From an uncultured virus (IMG/VR IMGVR_UViG_3300032093_000084) (Duplodnaviria; Heunggongvirae; Uroviricota; Caudoviricetes): DNA of 20,000 nt. The translations under genes were made by a program, and so were the position numbers. Every line of letters begins with the position of its first letter. Position 1 is the first letter of the stretch. Below are positions 17,727 through 20,000 of this stretch, piece by piece. The notes below the pieces were generated by a model, which saw nothing but the letters and a program-made list of their open reading frames with translations, was not told where the DNA came from and did no database searches. The stretch lies in IMG/VR virus record IMGVR_UViG_3300032093_000084. One strand, 5' to 3'.

Positions 17727-17788
17727 GATTACTGGCCGCAAGGAAGTAGGCGCACACACGGCATAAGTGTATGTATCTAACCGTAATC
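17727..17788 (+). ncRNA. candidate structured cis-regulatory RNA (three-way junction) in the 5' leader
   Basis: GATTAC/GTAATC closing stem, CC-GCAA-GG GNRA hairpin, TAGG.GCACACAC/GTGTATGT.TCTA hairpin; GC-rich relative to the other intergenic gaps. Confidence 0.55.
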
Positions 17789-17804
17789 CACAAGGAAATA
17801 TAAT

Positions 17805-20000
17805 ATGCCAAACTGGAAAAAAGTCATAGTATCAGGCTCGAGTGCTGCCTTAACCTCAGTAACTGCAACCGCAGGATTTACAGGATCTTTATTAGGTAAC
17901 GCATCAACAGCTACCTCAGCATCATTTGCTACTTCTTCATCATTTGCTCAATTTGCAGCAACCCCAACCGTTCAGGGTGTTCAAGGTATAACCGGTACGC
18001 AAGGCACTGTCGGCGCCCAGGGAACGGTCGGCACACAAGGTACGACAGGTGCTCAGGGAACAACTGGTACGCAAGGAGTTACTGGTACACAAGGAGCCGT
18101 AGGCTCGCAAGGTGTAACGGGAACACAAGGTACCGTAGGTGCTCAAGGCGCAACTGGTACGCAAGGCGCTATAGGTACACAAGGTGCTATCGGACCACAA
18201 GGTACCGTAGGCTCGCAAGGTACCACCGGAGCACAAGGTGTGGCTGGTGCACAAGGTACTGTAGGTACGCAAGGTACGGTAGGTGCACAAGGTACGACGG
18301 GTACGCAAGGGGCCGTTGGATCACAAGGTGTAACAGGAACACAAGGTGCTGTCGGTACGCAAGGTGTTACTGGAACACAAGGAATTCAAGGAGTTTTAGG
18401 TACGCAAGGTACCATGGGCGCACAAGGTGTCACGGGAACGCAGGGCGCAACGGGAACACAGGGAACCGTTGGTACGCAAGGAGTCACGGGAGCACAAGGC
18501 ACTGTAGGAGCACAAGGTACAAATGGTACGCAGGGAACGACCGGTACTCAGGGAACTACGGGAGCACAAGGAGTTACAGGTTCACAAGGTACAGTAGGTG
18601 CAACCGGTGCTCAAGGTACAACCGGTGCTCAAGGCACAGTTGGTACAACGGGAGCCCAGGGCACAACTGGTACGCAAGGCGTTCAAGGAACTGTTGGTAC
18701 GCAAGGTACTACAGGTACGCAAGGAACGTTAGGTACCCAAGGTACAGATGGGTCATTCGGCGGAGCAACATTTGATTATACATTTGATACATCAACAACT
18801 GCTGCAGATCCAGGTACTGGTAAGGTTCGTTTAAATAATGCAACTGAAAATACAGCTACGGCGATGTATATAGATGCTACGACGGATCAATCTGCCAATA
18901 TAGATTCTTTCTTAAACACAATTAATGCTGTATCATCAGCTATAAAAGGATATGTGCGTATTGCAAACCGTACGGATGCAACACAATTCCTATTATTCCA
19001 GATCTCAGCATTAACTAATAATACGGGTTGGTGGACATTAACAATAACTAACCAAGCATTTTCTGCCGCATCACCATTTACTAACTTAGAAGATATTATA
19101 GTATCTTTTGTAACTACTGGTGATAAAGGTGCACAAGGTACCGTTGGTACGCAAGGTGCAATTGGTACGCAAGGAGCCGTAGGCACCCAAGGCACCGTTG
19201 GTACACAGGGCATCGTTGGCACGACGGGAACACAAGGTACGGTAGGTGCAACTGGTGCACAAGGTACGACTGGTGCTCAGGGAACATTGGGAACGCAAGG
19301 CGTTACTGGAGCACAAGGTACGGTAGGTGCAACTGGTTCACAAGGCACGACGGGTGCACAAGGAATCCAAGGTGTTCTTGGTACGCAAGGTACGGTAGGA
19401 GCTCAGGGTACTGTCGGTACGCAAGGAGCCGTAGGCTCGCAAGGCGCCACCGGAGCTCAAGGGGTGGCTGGTGCACAAGGTACTACGGGAGCACAAGGTA
19501 CAGTAGGTACAACCGGTTCTCAAGGTACAACGGGTACGCAAGGTGCAACAGGTGCTCAGGGAATTCAAGGTATTCTTGGTACGCAGGGTGCTACAGGAGC
19601 ACAAGGAGCCGTAGGCTCGCAAGGTACAACAGGTGCACAAGGTACCGTTGGTACACAAGGCATCACCGGCGCTCAAGGTACGGTAGGTACGCAAGGTACA
19701 ACTGGTACGCAAGGTACTACGGGAGGTACGGGAGCACAAGGCGTTACGGGAGCACAAGGTACGGTAGGTACCACAGGTGCCCAAGGTGCAACTGGTAGCA
19801 CAGGAGCACAAGGTACAGTCGGCGCTCAAGGAACGCAAGGTATTCTTGGAACGCAAGGTGTTACTGGTACACAAGGTACACAAGGTACAAATGCTACTAC
19901 ATCAATAACAAATAACGTAAATAATTATGTAGTTACAGCAACCGGCGGAGCAACTCCATTTAACGGAGAAGCTAATATGACCTTTGATGGGTCTACATTG
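17805..20000 (+). CDS. 3'-truncated collagen-like fibre protein (>732 aa)
   Basis: ATG 17805 ([12 protein letters not shown]...), AAGGA at 17792-17796, frame open to the window end (...[12 protein letters not shown]); two long Gly-X-Y tracts. Absent from the ORF track because there is no stop in the window. Confidence 0.92.
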   Translation, partial: MPNWKKVIVSGSSAALTSVTATAGFTGSLLGNASTATSASFATSSSFAQFAATPTVQGVQGITGTQGTVGAQGTVGTQGTTGAQGTTGTQGVTGTQGAVGSQGVTGTQGTVGAQGATGTQGAIGTQGAIGPQGTVGSQGTTGAQGVAGAQGTVGTQGTVGAQGTTGTQGAVGSQGVTGTQGAVGTQGVTGTQGIQGVLGTQGTMGAQGVTGTQGATGTQGTVGTQGVTGAQGTVGAQGTNGTQGTTGTQGTTGAQGVTGSQGTVGATGAQGTTGAQGTVGTTGAQGTTGTQGVQGTVGTQGTTGTQGTLGTQGTDGSFGGATFDYTFDTSTTAADPGTGKVRLNNATENTATAMYIDATTDQSANIDSFLNTINAVSSAIKGYVRIANRTDATQFLLFQISALTNNTGWWTLTITNQAFSAASPFTNLEDIIVSFVTTGDKGAQGTVGTQGAIGTQGAVGTQGTVGTQGIVGTTGTQGTVGATGAQGTTGAQGTLGTQGVTGAQGTVGATGSQGTTGAQGIQGVLGTQGTVGAQGTVGTQGAVGSQGATGAQGVAGAQGTTGAQGTVGTTGSQGTTGTQGATGAQGIQGILGTQGATGAQGAVGSQGTTGAQGTVGTQGITGAQGTVGTQGTTGTQGTTGGTGAQGVTGAQGTVGTTGAQGATGSTGAQGTVGAQGTQGILGTQGVTGTQGTQGTNATTSITNNVNNYVVTATGGATPFNGEANMTFDGSTL
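17976..18749 (+). repeat. collagen Gly-X-Y tract 1 (86 triplets; GTQ/GAQ alternating with GTV/GTT/GVT)
   Basis: 9/18-nt periodicity GGN-ACN/GCN-CAR; first and last Gly are 774 nt in register. Confidence 0.9.
19119..19892 (+). repeat. collagen Gly-X-Y tract 2 (86 triplets)
   Basis: Runs from GDK GAQ to GTQ GTN, 774 nt in register. Confidence 0.9.

Noticed and set aside
17940..19883. Minus-strand Cys/Thr/Leu/Arg-rich ORFs
   Set aside because: Antisense artefacts of the Gly-X-Y collagen codon repeats
17976..19892. Repeat tracts as a CRISPR array or DGR repeat
   Set aside because: Strict 9-nt coding periodicity with synonymous variation; no repeat-spacer structure, no adenine-specific variant pair and no reverse transcriptase seen

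Overview
AT-rich segment of a large T4-like (myovirus-type) bacteriophage genome, with all genes on the + strand. It holds the virion morphogenesis core: terminase large subunit, portal, prohead protease, scaffold, major capsid protein, PhoH, neck/head-completion/tail-terminator-like proteins and the start of a fibre region. The fibre region includes a long proline-poor collagen-like protein that the ORF track missed. A phage-encoded ribosomal protein bS21 sits inside the head cluster and has a Bacteroidota-like C-terminus, which suggests a Bacteroidota host (inference). The most interesting signal is a possible translation-control system. The bS21 has Phe at the position matching the anti-Shine-Dalgarno-sequestering Tyr, a neighbouring ORF is weakly bS6-like, and SD-like sites precede most virion genes but not bS21 itself. 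Also seen: a recurrent ATATTTAT putative late promoter and two structured 5' leaders, one a compact three-way-junction RNA candidate. Family assignments come from motif recognition and synteny only; no searches were run.
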